Shown here one piece after another: positions 8,142 to 16,608 of a DNA stretch of 32,615 nt (position 1 is its first letter; each line of letters opens with the position of its first letter). A model generated the notes under the pieces. The model ran no database searches and was not told the origin of the DNA. It saw nothing but the letters and a program-made list of their open reading frames with translations. Both the position numbers and the translations under genes were made by a program. Source of the stretch: Anaerolineae bacterium. Its GTDB lineage: Bacteria > Chloroflexota > Anaerolineae > Aggregatilineales > Aggregatilineaceae. The stretch is from the NCBI GenBank assembly GCA_020848665.1, contig JADLHR010000385.1, positions 1 through 32,615 on the forward strand, read 5' to 3'.

Positions 8142-9161
8142 ATGGCCGACCAGAACGACACCGCCCCCCCCGCACCGGCGCCTGCTGCCACACCGGCGGC
8201 CGCGCCAGCACCCGCCGAGCCGCGCGGCCACCCGGACACCGTGGTCGTCACCGCCGAGACGGCGGACCAGTTCTATGCCGAGCGGATCGCCGCCGAGCAA
8301 GTGGCCTCCGGCCAGCAGCCGTCCGCCGAAACGCCCGATCCGGCCGCCGATGCCGACGCGGCGGAGGGCGAGACCGACGAGCAGCGCGCGGAGCGGCGCA
8401 GGAAGCCGATCGCCGATCGGCTGGGAGAGCTGACCCGGCAGCGCAACGAAGAACGGCAGCGCCGCGAACAGCTCGAGCAGCGGCTGGCCGAGCTGCAGGC
8501 CGCACCGCCCGCGCCCGCCGCGCAGGCGCCGGCACAGCCCGATCCAGCGGCAGCACCACCGGCGGCCGCCGCGCCACCCGCACCCGCCGAGGATCCGGAG
8601 CCCGATCCCTCGACCTACACCGACGCCTTCGAGTACGCGCGGGACCTCTCGAAGTGGCAGTCCCGTGTCGCCGTGCGCGAGGCGCTGGCGGCCCGCGATG
8701 CCGCGGAGACGCAGCGACGCGAAGAGGCGCGGGTGCAGCAGGTCGTGCAGTCGTTCCAGCAGCGCATGCAGCAGTTCCGCACCGCGACCACCGACTTCGA
8801 CACCGTCGTCGGCGGCTCGGTCGCGCCGACCAGCGAGCACCTGCGCAACGCGATCATCGAGTCCGATAACCCGGGCCCGCTGGTCTACCACCTGGCGAAG
8901 AACCCGGCGCTGCTGGCCGAGATTCAGGCGCTGCCGCCGGCCAGCCAGGCGCGGCGCATCGGCCGGCTGGAGGCCGAGCTAGCCGGGCCAGCACCAGCAC
9001 CGGTGCCGGCCCCGCGGCGAGCCACCACCCCGCCGCCGGCGCCGATCGAGCCGCTGCGCGGCGCCAACGGCAACGCGGACCTGCCGCTGTCGCCCACGCG
9101 CGAGTACCTGGGCACCTACGAGCAGTACAAGCGCGATCGGATGTCGGGACGGATCAAGTAG
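8142..9161 (+). CDS. Scaffolding protein (putative)
   Basis: 339 aa lying between portal and coat. Ala/Pro-rich linkers flank charged coiled-coil-like segments (RQRNEERQRREQLEQRLAELQ). Confidence 0.65.
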   Translation: MADQNDTAPPAPAPAATPAAAPAPAEPRGHPDTVVVTAETADQFYAERIAAEQVASGQQPSAETPDPAADADAAEGETDEQRAERRRKPIADRLGELTRQRNEERQRREQLEQRLAELQAAPPAPAAQAPAQPDPAAAPPAAAAPPAPAEDPEPDPSTYTDAFEYARDLSKWQSRVAVREALAARDAAETQRREEARVQQVVQSFQQRMQQFRTATTDFDTVVGGSVAPTSEHLRNAIIESDNPGPLVYHLAKNPALLAEIQALPPASQARRIGRLEAELAGPAPAPVPAPRRATTPPPAPIEPLRGANGNADLPLSPTREYLGTYEQYKRDRMSGRIK

Positions 9162-9365
9162 GCTTGCCTTTTCCCGTGATGCGGAATAGCATCCTGCCCA
9201 GCTAGGCATCGACCTACGCCCGCGCCCGCCAGCAGCGACATGCTGGACGCCGACCGGCAGCGTCATCGCCGGGATTATCCGCCTTGCTCCGCGTGAGAGA
9301 GCGACCGACTGGCCCCGGTTTCCGGGCCGAACGTGTCGTCCCCTTTTCACACACGCGGAGTCCCC

Positions 9366-10694
9366 ATGACTGCTTTCCTTCGGTCGCTCGGCGAACGCGC
9401 GAGCGATCTGCTGTTCGGCCTGATGGCCTCGCTCGGCCTGGTGCTGGGCAACAACAACCTGCTGACCATCTCGTTCATCACGAACGAGGCGCTGATGGTG
9501 CTCGAGAACGAGCTCACGTTCTCCAGCCAGGTTAACCGGGAGTACGACGATCGCTTCGCCGTCGACGGCGCGAAGATCGGCGACACGGCGAACATCCGCC
9601 GCCCGCCGCGCTTCATCGGCACCTTCGGGCCGAACCTGAACGTCGAGGACATCAACGAGACCAGCGTGCCGGTGACGCTGGCCAACCAGTTCCACGTCGA
9701 CTTCCAGATGACGACGAAGGACCGGTTGCTGTCGATGGACAACTTCCGCGAGCGCGTCATCCAGCCCGCGGTCGCCACCATCGCCAACAAGATCGACCTC
9801 TACGGCCTGATCCAGATGCGCGACCAGACGGCCAACAGCGTCGGCGTCGCCGGCACGCCGCCCTCGGGCCTCATCACCTACCTGCAGGCCGCGGCCTATC
9901 TCGACTCAGAAGCGGCGCCGCGCGACGGCCGCCGGGCGGTCGTGATCGAACCCTGGACGTCGGCGGCGATCGTCGACAGCCTGAAGGGCCTGTTCGTCCC
10001 GGCCGAGAAGCTGAGCAACCAGTTCCAGCGCGGGCTGATGGGCCGGGACTCGGCCGGCATGAACTGGTTCATGGATCAGAACGTCATCACGCACACGTAC
10101 GGCGCGTGGGCGACGACCGCTGGCACGCTCACGATGTCGGGTGCCAACCAGGGCCTGGCGACCGGCTGGGCATCGACTTCGACGCTGACGCTGACCACGA
10201 ACCAGGCGCTGACGCTGCAGAAGGGGGACACGTTCCAGATCGCCGGCGTCTTCGCGGTCAACCCGCAGAGCCGCCAGAGCTATCGGCAACTGCGGCACTT
10301 CGTCGTGCAGCAGGCCGTGACGGTGGCCTCCGGCGCGTTCCAGGTGACGGTGTCGCCGGCGCTGATCTACGGCGGCCAGTTCCAGAACGTGACCAGCTCG
10401 CCGACCGCCACCGCGGCGATCCAGCCGTTCAGCCTGGCCACCGGTACCGCCAACGCGGTGGTCTCGCCGCAGAACGCGCTGTTCCACCGGAACGCCGTGA
10501 CCCTGGCGATGGCCGATCTGCCGCTGCCGCGCGGCGTGAACATGTCCGGCCGGGCGAGTTCGAAAGAAGCGGGGCTGAGCCTGCGGATCGTCGAGCAGTA
10601 CACGATCAACAACGACGCGCTGCCGTGCAGGATCGACTCGCTGTGGGGCTGGGCACCGCTGTACAGCGAGCTCGGCGCCCGCATCGCCGCCTGA
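9366..10694 (+). CDS. Major capsid (coat) protein, P22 gp5-like
   Basis: NEALMVLENELTFSSQVNREYDDRFAVDGAKIGDTANIRRPPRF matches my recollection of the P22-type coat N-terminal region. ATG 9366 has RBS GCGGAG. The track's GTG 9333 is a less likely start. Confidence 0.85.
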   Translation: MTAFLRSLGERASDLLFGLMASLGLVLGNNNLLTISFITNEALMVLENELTFSSQVNREYDDRFAVDGAKIGDTANIRRPPRFIGTFGPNLNVEDINETSVPVTLANQFHVDFQMTTKDRLLSMDNFRERVIQPAVATIANKIDLYGLIQMRDQTANSVGVAGTPPSGLITYLQAAAYLDSEAAPRDGRRAVVIEPWTSAAIVDSLKGLFVPAEKLSNQFQRGLMGRDSAGMNWFMDQNVITHTYGAWATTAGTLTMSGANQGLATGWASTSTLTLTTNQALTLQKGDTFQIAGVFAVNPQSRQSYRQLRHFVVQQAVTVASGAFQVTVSPALIYGGQFQNVTSSPTATAAIQPFSLATGTANAVVSPQNALFHRNAVTLAMADLPLPRGVNMSGRASSKEAGLSLRIVEQYTINNDALPCRIDSLWGWAPLYSELGARIAA

Positions 10695-10720
10695 TCGCGC
10701 AACCCCCTCGAGGACACACC

Positions 10721-11194
10721 ATGCCGAACCCAGGACCCGCGATCACCAACACGCCTCAGACCAAAGCCGTGTTGCAACCCGTCAACACGAACGGCCCGGC
10801 CAATTCCGCCCCCGCCGAGCAGAACGCGCTGCGTCTGCTGGCGCTGGGACGAGGCATCAACGCCAACGCGGCGGCGACCGACACGCCGCTGTCGATCATC
10901 AACTCGGCCGACTACTCGGTCGACCAGGTGGTGATCACCAATGCGTCGATCTCGCTCAGCACAGCCACCGGCGGCCTGTTCACCGCCCCCGCGGCCGGCG
11001 GTACCGCGATCGTGGCCACCGCGGCGCTGTCTGCCCTGACCGGCCCCACGATCGTCAACAAGCGCACGGTCGCATCGAGCGCGCGGCAGACGGCCCAGAC
11101 GCTCTACTGGCGGTCGGTGGTCGCCCAGGGGGCGGTGGCCACCTTCGACTGCTACGTGTACGGCTTCGATTTCACGCCGTACACCGACGTCTGA
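10721..11194 (+). CDS. Small virion-module protein (157 aa), function unknown
   Basis: ATG 10721 with RBS GAGGA. Ala/Thr/Gly-rich and beta-rich in appearance. The rest of track ORF 10106..11194 overlaps the coat gene out of frame. Confidence 0.55.
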   Translation: MPNPGPAITNTPQTKAVLQPVNTNGPANSAPAEQNALRLLALGRGINANAAATDTPLSIINSADYSVDQVVITNASISLSTATGGLFTAPAAGGTAIVATAALSALTGPTIVNKRTVASSARQTAQTLYWRSVVAQGAVATFDCYVYGFDFTPYTDV

Positions 11195-11206
11195 CGGAGG
11201 GCCGCC

Positions 11207-11539
11207 ATGGGAACCACATCCGACGTCGTCCGGGGCAACGCCGGATCGATGCAGGTGATCGGCCTGGCGCTTGCGCCGGCGCAGCTCGCCGCCAACACCA
11301 GCGCCGAGCAGACCTTCCTGCTGCCCGGCGTGGAGGCGACCGCCATCATTGGCGGCGTCTCGTTCCTCGGGGCGATGGCGGCCGCCACCGGCATCGTCAA
11401 CGCCCGGATGGTGTCGGCGGGCCTGCTGGGCATCACCTTCAGCAACTCGGGCGCGGGCACGCCGACGCCGACCGCCGGCACCTTCGCGGTGACGGTGATC
11501 CGGCCCAACGTCTGGCCGCTGCCGGTCAACGGGATCTGA
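11207..11539 (+). CDS. Small virion-module protein (110 aa), function unknown
   Basis: ATG with RBS GGAGGG. Compact spacing in the head operon. Confidence 0.55.
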   Translation: MGTTSDVVRGNAGSMQVIGLALAPAQLAANTSAEQTFLLPGVEATAIIGGVSFLGAMAAATGIVNARMVSAGLLGITFSNSGAGTPTPTAGTFAVTVIRPNVWPLPVNGI

Positions 11540-11545
11540 GCGGCG

Positions 11546-11902
11546 ATGTCGGGACTGTCGCCGATCATCATCCCCGCGGGCCCCGTCCGGGCGCTGTCGG
11601 TCACCGCCTCCGCGCACGCGGCGGTGGTGCTGACGAGCTGGCCGGGCGGCTCGCCCAACTTCGCGCTGTTGCAGAACAGCGGCACGATCCCGGTAGCCGT
11701 CCGCCTGTCGCAGACCGGCGTTGCGCCCCCCGCCTTCCCGGTCGACCCGACAGCCGCCGACGGCGTGGTCGTACTGCTGGCCGGCCAGACGCTCATCGTG
11801 CCGATGCCGATGGGCGCTACCGGTACCGCCCAGGTGACCGCGATCGGATCGGCCGCCGGCCCGTCGATCCTGTATGTGACGCCGGTCAACTACCAGGCGT
11901 GA
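11546..11902 (+). CDS. Small virion-module protein (118 aa), function unknown
   Basis: Compact spacing and high GC3. Confidence 0.55.
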   Translation: MSGLSPIIIPAGPVRALSVTASAHAAVVLTSWPGGSPNFALLQNSGTIPVAVRLSQTGVAPPAFPVDPTAADGVVVLLAGQTLIVPMPMGATGTAQVTAIGSAAGPSILYVTPVNYQA

Positions 11903-11906
11903 CCCG

Positions 11907-12860
11907 GTGCGGCCCACCGACCTCATCCGCGACGCGCTGCGGGCGATTGGCGTCGCAGGCGTGGGCCAGCGGGTCGGCGCTGCCGATACCAACGACGCCT
12001 TCGCGACGCTCAACGGTCTGCTGGATCAGTGGTCGATCCAGAAGCTGATGGTGGCGTACCAAAACGAGATCATCCATCCGCTCGCACCCGACACCGACCG
12101 CTATACCATCGGCCCGAACGGGTCGATCAGCGCGCTGATCGCCGCGTCGATCGCCGCCGACGTCATGACCGTGACGCAGGTGATCACGGGCTCGATCGTC
12201 AAGGGCATGACTCTCCAGACCGCCACGCCCGAGACGCACATCACCGCGTTCCTGTCCGGCGGGGGCGGCGACGGGCCCCGGGCGGTCGGCACGTACCAGG
12301 TCGCCCCCCTGCAGACGCAGGCACAGGCGCCGCTCAGTGCGCAGTACCCGCGACCGATCGGCATTCGCTCGGCATTCGTGCGGACCAACGTCGGCGGCAA
12401 CACCCCGCTGGACCACCCGGTCAGTCCGCTGGCCGCCGCCAACTGGCAGCGCATCAGCCAGAAGAGCCTGCCAGGCCCCTGGCCGCAGGCGTTGTACTTC
12501 CAGGCCACCGAGAACAACGCGAACCTGTGGTATTGGCCCGTGCCGACGCAGGCAAGCGAAATGCACCTCTTCGCCGATGCGATTCTCAGTCGCTTCGCCA
12601 GCGTCGAGGAACAGCTCACTCTGCCGCAGGGCACCGAGCTCGCGCTGCGCTACGGGCTGGCCGAGCTGCTGCTGGTCGACTACGGCGTCAACGACGAGCT
12701 GCGGATCCGTCAGGTGAAGGATCTCGCCAAGCGAGGCCGTGATCTGATCAAGGCGAGCAACGCCGTGCCGCAGGAGGTCATTGCGTACGACCCTGCGATC
12801 GTCTCGCGCGGCGGTGCGAGCGCCGGGTGGATACTTCACGGGGGATTCTCTCCAACATGA
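11907..12860 (+). CDS. Tail accessory factor / head-to-tail adaptor, P22 gp4-like N-terminus
   Basis: PTDLIRDALRAIGVAGVGQRVGAADTNDAFATLNGLLDQW parallels P22 gp4 DLVRAALRKLGVASD...DAVDDLEAMMAEW (from memory). Lies immediately upstream of a gp10-like gene. Confidence 0.65.
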   Translation: MRPTDLIRDALRAIGVAGVGQRVGAADTNDAFATLNGLLDQWSIQKLMVAYQNEIIHPLAPDTDRYTIGPNGSISALIAASIAADVMTVTQVITGSIVKGMTLQTATPETHITAFLSGGGGDGPRAVGTYQVAPLQTQAQAPLSAQYPRPIGIRSAFVRTNVGGNTPLDHPVSPLAAANWQRISQKSLPGPWPQALYFQATENNANLWYWPVPTQASEMHLFADAILSRFASVEEQLTLPQGTELALRYGLAELLLVDYGVNDELRIRQVKDLAKRGRDLIKASNAVPQEVIAYDPAIVSRGGASAGWILHGGFSPT

Positions 12861-12915
12861 ATTCCGGCCGCCTCGCCAACACGCCTGAAGTCCTCTGGTA
12901 TCGGGAGGCCTGAAG

Positions 12916-14445
12916 GTGCCCGACTTCGCCGGCTTCGTGGGTGACGCCTACACCGCGCCGTCCATCACGCAGGACGCGCAGGCGACCGAGAACTGGTATC
13001 CCGAGGTCGATCCCTCCAAGCCGCAAGGATCGCGCGGCGTGGTGGCACTCTACCCGACGCCGGGGATGATGCTGCCGCCCTGGCCTGGTTGGCAGTTTCC
13101 CGGGATGATCGACGACCGCTCCGGCCCCATTCGGGGACTCTTCGAGCTACCCAGCGATCGGGGGGTGCTGATCATCCTCGGCAACACCTGTGTGTTGATG
13201 CGAATGACGCTGTTCATTCCGAACAGCATCTATCCGCCGTTTCTGCAGAGCGCGGGCGTGGGCAGGCTGCGCACCTCGAGCGGACCGGTGACGATCACCA
13301 GCAACGGCACCCACTGCATGATCACTGACGGGGTGGACCGCTATGCGTACGACATCGCGGCAAACACCATCGTCCGACTGACGGACGGGCCGCGGCCAGG
13401 TGGCGTGCGGTGCGACATCACCGACAACTTCATGGTCTACAACCTGGCCGACTCCAAGCAGTGGGCCGCGACCAGTGTGCTGTCAACGTCCACGCCCGCG
13501 CTGTCGTTCGCCTCGACCCTCAGCAGTTTCGATGACCTGGTCGCGCTGATCGTCGACCAGCGGCAGGTCGCACTCCTGGGCGAACAGACGATGGAGTTCT
13601 GGTCTGACGTCGGATCGTTCCCGTTTCCCTTCGGCATCATCGACGGGACCACCCGACAATTCGGTTGCCTTGCGCCCTACTCGGTGGCCCGGTTCGGCGA
13701 CGGGTTCGCCTTCCTCGGCCGCGATCAGCTCGGCCGGGGCGTGGTGCTCTACTGCGCGCACTACCAGATCGAGCGGATCAGCACGCATGCGATCGAGCAG
13801 GACCTCATCGGCCAGGCGCTCAATGATGCCTTCGCGTTCACCTACCAGCTGGCGGGCCACGTCTTCTACGTGCTGCAGCTGCCGACGGCCGATCGGACCT
13901 GGGTCTACGACCTCTCCACGAAGATGTGGCACCGCCGGACGTCTATGGGGCCGGACGGCAGGCTGCATCGCTGGCGCGTGAATGCGGTCGCACAGTTCGA
14001 AGGCGAGCTGATCGCTGGCGACAGCGAATCGGGCACCCTCTACTACCTGCGCAACGACTACCCGTGGGACGACCCGCCGATGCGTGTCACCGGCCCGCAG
14101 GGTGCTCGCCGCGCGATTCGCCGGATGCGCTGCAGCCCCCACGTCACGCGCGAGTTGAAGCGCGTGTTCTTCCACTCGCTGCAGATCCAGTTCCAGCCGG
14201 GCGTCGGCATCCCCAGCGGACAGGGCGCCGATCCGCAGGCCATGCTGCGATATTCGGACGACGGGGCGCACACCTGGTCGGAAGTGATCACCACGCCCAT
14301 CGGCCGCATGGGCGAATACCAGGCGCGCGCGATCTGGCGACGGCTGGGCGCGGCGCGCGATCGCGTCTTCGAGGTCAGCGTCACCGATCCGGTATACGCG
14401 CCGATCATCAGCGCCAACCTCGAGTTCTCGGAAGGGGCGTCCTGA
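12916..14445 (+). CDS. Tail accessory factor / packaged-DNA stabilisation protein, P22 gp10-like
   Basis: 509 aa. The C-terminus YQARAIWRRLGAARDRVFEVSVTDPVYAPIISANLEF parallels the P22 gp10 end RVLWKRVGRIRRLIGFKLRVITKSPVTLSGCQIRLE. GTG start with RBS GGGAGG. Confidence 0.72.
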   Translation: MPDFAGFVGDAYTAPSITQDAQATENWYPEVDPSKPQGSRGVVALYPTPGMMLPPWPGWQFPGMIDDRSGPIRGLFELPSDRGVLIILGNTCVLMRMTLFIPNSIYPPFLQSAGVGRLRTSSGPVTITSNGTHCMITDGVDRYAYDIAANTIVRLTDGPRPGGVRCDITDNFMVYNLADSKQWAATSVLSTSTPALSFASTLSSFDDLVALIVDQRQVALLGEQTMEFWSDVGSFPFPFGIIDGTTRQFGCLAPYSVARFGDGFAFLGRDQLGRGVVLYCAHYQIERISTHAIEQDLIGQALNDAFAFTYQLAGHVFYVLQLPTADRTWVYDLSTKMWHRRTSMGPDGRLHRWRVNAVAQFEGELIAGDSESGTLYYLRNDYPWDDPPMRVTGPQGARRAIRRMRCSPHVTRELKRVFFHSLQIQFQPGVGIPSGQGADPQAMLRYSDDGAHTWSEVITTPIGRMGEYQARAIWRRLGAARDRVFEVSVTDPVYAPIISANLEFSEGAS

Positions 14446-14864
14446 TGCCGCGCCCGAGCGTCCCGTTCTCCCGCTTCGTCGACAGCCTGGGCAACATCGC
14501 CCGGGAGTGGCGCGACTTCCTGGTGCCATCGATCGCCGATTGGTCGCCGGCCGGAAACGGTGTCTCATTCGCCTCTGCGGCGGGCACGTTCGTGCGCCGT
14601 GGCCAGCAGATTGACGTGTACTTCGATGCCACCTGGCCGGTGACCGCTGACGCATCGGCCGCACGAATCGCTGGCCTGCCCCATCCGGTAGGCGTGCGCC
14701 ACGGCGGGCTGTCGGTGGCGTACAGCAACCAAGGCGCGGCACTGACCGCCGTCGCACAGCCGGGCACCACGTACGTCGAGCTCTTCAGCATCGCCGGTGC
14801 CCTGTTGACCAACGCCGCCCTGTCCGGAAAGCGGCTGATCGCCTCGGGAACCTACCTCCTATGA
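14445..14864 (+). CDS. Small tail-associated protein (139 aa), at the position of the P22 needle gene but with no coiled coil
   Basis: TGATG coupling upstream and ATGA coupling downstream. Beta-rich sequence. Confidence 0.5.
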   Translation: MPRPSVPFSRFVDSLGNIAREWRDFLVPSIADWSPAGNGVSFASAAGTFVRRGQQIDVYFDATWPVTADASAARIAGLPHPVGVRHGGLSVAYSNQGAALTAVAQPGTTYVELFSIAGALLTNAALSGKRLIASGTYLL

Positions 14865-15778
14865 ACGCTCCGATCCACCTGCAGGCGCTGGCAGACCCGT
14901 ACGCCACCAAGACCCTCACGGTGCTGCGCGATGTCGTGCTGGCCGGTGACCTGGATCTCCTCGAGGACGTGATGCTCGAGCAGCCCGACCAGGCGCCGTG
15001 CGACGTCGTGCATCGGTTCGGACCCGGGGTGTACATCCGCGAGCTCACGATGTTGGCCGGGACCATGGCCATCGGCCACCACCAGCGTTTCCGACACGTG
15101 AACATCGTGCTGAAGGGTCGGGTGACGGTGGTCGATGCCGACGGCGGCCTGCGCGAGATCGTGGCGCCGCATTTCTTCGTCGGCGAGCCGGGCCGCAAAG
15201 TCGGCTACGTCCATGAGGACACGGTGTGGCAGAACATCTATGCCACGACGGAGACCGACGTCGGGCGGCTGGAGGCGATGCTGCTGCGCCAGTCGCCGAT
15301 GTTCCTGCGCCACCAGCAGCGACGCGCGGCGATCGCGCTCACCCATGAGGCCGACCGCCAGGACTTCGAGTCGGTGCTCACCGAGACCGGCATTGGCGCC
15401 GAGCAGGCGGCCGCCGAAACCGAGAACGAGGACGACCAGATCCCGTTTCCGGACGGCAGCTACGCGGTGCGCGTGGCGGCCTCGCCGATCCATGGCCAGG
15501 GCCTGTTCGCGACCAGCACCCTGCAGGCGGGCGACCTGATCGCACCGGCGCTGATCGACGGCCGACGCACGCCGGCGGGTCGCTTCACGAACCAATCGGT
15601 GACGCCGAACGCGCTGATGCTGCCGCGGCCCAACGGCGACATCGACCTGGTCGCGCTGGCGCCGATCGAGGGTATGCGCGGCGGCCAGCTCGGCGACGAG
15701 ATCACGATCGATTATCGGGTTGCGCTGGCGCTACAGGATCACCTGCGGCTCGCGCCGCCGTCCGAGGTGACGGTATGA
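14861..15778 (+). CDS. Cupin-like N-terminal domain fused to a C-terminal SET domain (putative protein lysine methyltransferase)
   Basis: SET motifs in the canonical order: SPIHGQGLFATSTLQAGDLI, GRFTNQSVTPNA (compare RFINHSCxPN) and GDEITIDYR (compare ELTxDY). The N-terminal part has beta-barrel/His-cluster features (IGHHQRFRHVNIVLKGRVTV). Confidence 0.7.
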   Translation: MNAPIHLQALADPYATKTLTVLRDVVLAGDLDLLEDVMLEQPDQAPCDVVHRFGPGVYIRELTMLAGTMAIGHHQRFRHVNIVLKGRVTVVDADGGLREIVAPHFFVGEPGRKVGYVHEDTVWQNIYATTETDVGRLEAMLLRQSPMFLRHQQRRAAIALTHEADRQDFESVLTETGIGAEQAAAETENEDDQIPFPDGSYAVRVAASPIHGQGLFATSTLQAGDLIAPALIDGRRTPAGRFTNQSVTPNALMLPRPNGDIDLVALAPIEGMRGGQLGDEITIDYRVALALQDHLRLAPPSEVTV

Positions 15779-16602
15779 GCGCCATCTCTGCTGCCGTCGT
15801 TGGCAGCGCTGTTGTCAGCGCCTACTCGGGCAACCGCGCGGCAAACACGCAGGCCGCCGCTGCGCGCGATGCGTCGGCGCAGCAGATCTACGCGGCGAAC
15901 CGCTCGGCGGACCTGCAGCACGATGCGACCATCCGCGGCCAGAATCTGCAGCGTGAGATGTTCGATCGGGCGGCCGGGTATTCGCAGCCGTACCGCGAAC
16001 GGGGCGCCCAGGCCATAGAGACCCTCTCCGGCGAACTGAGCAGCGGGCAGTTAAGCAAGAACTTCGACGCTTCGATGATGGCGCAATACGCGCCGGCCTA
16101 TCAGTTCCAGCTCAAGCAGGGCCTGGGTCAAGCTGAGAACATGGCCAACCGCATGGGCGGGCTCGTCGGCGGCAACGCGCTGCAGGGGTTGAACACTTAC
16201 GCGCAAAACTACGCTCAGACCGCGTACCAGCAGGCATTCAGCAACTATCAGACCGAGCAGGCGAATCGGTATTCGCGCCTGATGGGCGTCGCGCAACTCG
16301 GCCAGAACGCCGCGGCAGGCACCGGCTCGGGCGCCATCGCTACCGGTCAGAGCATGGCGAACCTCGGCCTGGCCGGCGCCCAGGGGATGAGCAACTCTTA
16401 CGCCACGGGCGCCAACAACGCCTCGGGCTATCTGACCTCGGGCGCCGCTGCGCAGGCCGCCGGCCAGGTAAGTGTGGGCAACTCGCTGTCGGGCGGCCTG
16501 AACAGCTATCTCGGCTGGAACTATCTGTACGGCCGTCCGGGAGGCGCGTCCGCCGCGCCGGCCACCACGACGATGCCGGGATCGTTGTCTCTGAACCAGT
16601 GA
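15775..16602 (+). CDS. Internal virion / ejection protein (first of three)
   Basis: 275 aa, Gly/Ala/Gln/Asn-rich and low complexity. The position matches the P22 gene 7-20-16 block. Confidence 0.55.
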   Translation: MSAISAAVVGSAVVSAYSGNRAANTQAAAARDASAQQIYAANRSADLQHDATIRGQNLQREMFDRAAGYSQPYRERGAQAIETLSGELSSGQLSKNFDASMMAQYAPAYQFQLKQGLGQAENMANRMGGLVGGNALQGLNTYAQNYAQTAYQQAFSNYQTEQANRYSRLMGVAQLGQNAAAGTGSGAIATGQSMANLGLAGAQGMSNSYATGANNASGYLTSGAAAQAAGQVSVGNSLSGGLNSYLGWNYLYGRPGGASAAPATTTMPGSLSLNQ

Positions 16603-16608
16603 CGCGCC

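Noticed and set aside
8164-8171. C7-C8 homopolymer tracts (also 6595-6601 and 30010-30017) as phase-variation switches
   Set aside because: They encode Pro-Pro or Gly-Gly in frame in a GC-rich genome, and most lie in essential structural genes. Nothing suggests regulated slippage. Only the 30010-30017 tract is noted, under the frame-quality finding.
8979-9695. A minus-strand 238-aa ORF spanning the scaffold-coat gap; also GTG 9333 as the coat start
   Set aside because: The minus ORF overlaps both the scaffold 3' end and the coat 5' end, with junk-like composition. ATG 9366 has the better RBS and gives a natural coat N-terminus.
10367-12013. A 548-aa antisense ORF, and similar ones at 5407-6612, 13483-14757, 19095-20198 and 25116-26255
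   Set aside because: All are Arg/Gly/Asp/His-rich, low-complexity translations opposite well-supported plus-strand structural genes. Stop codons are simply rare in GC-rich DNA.
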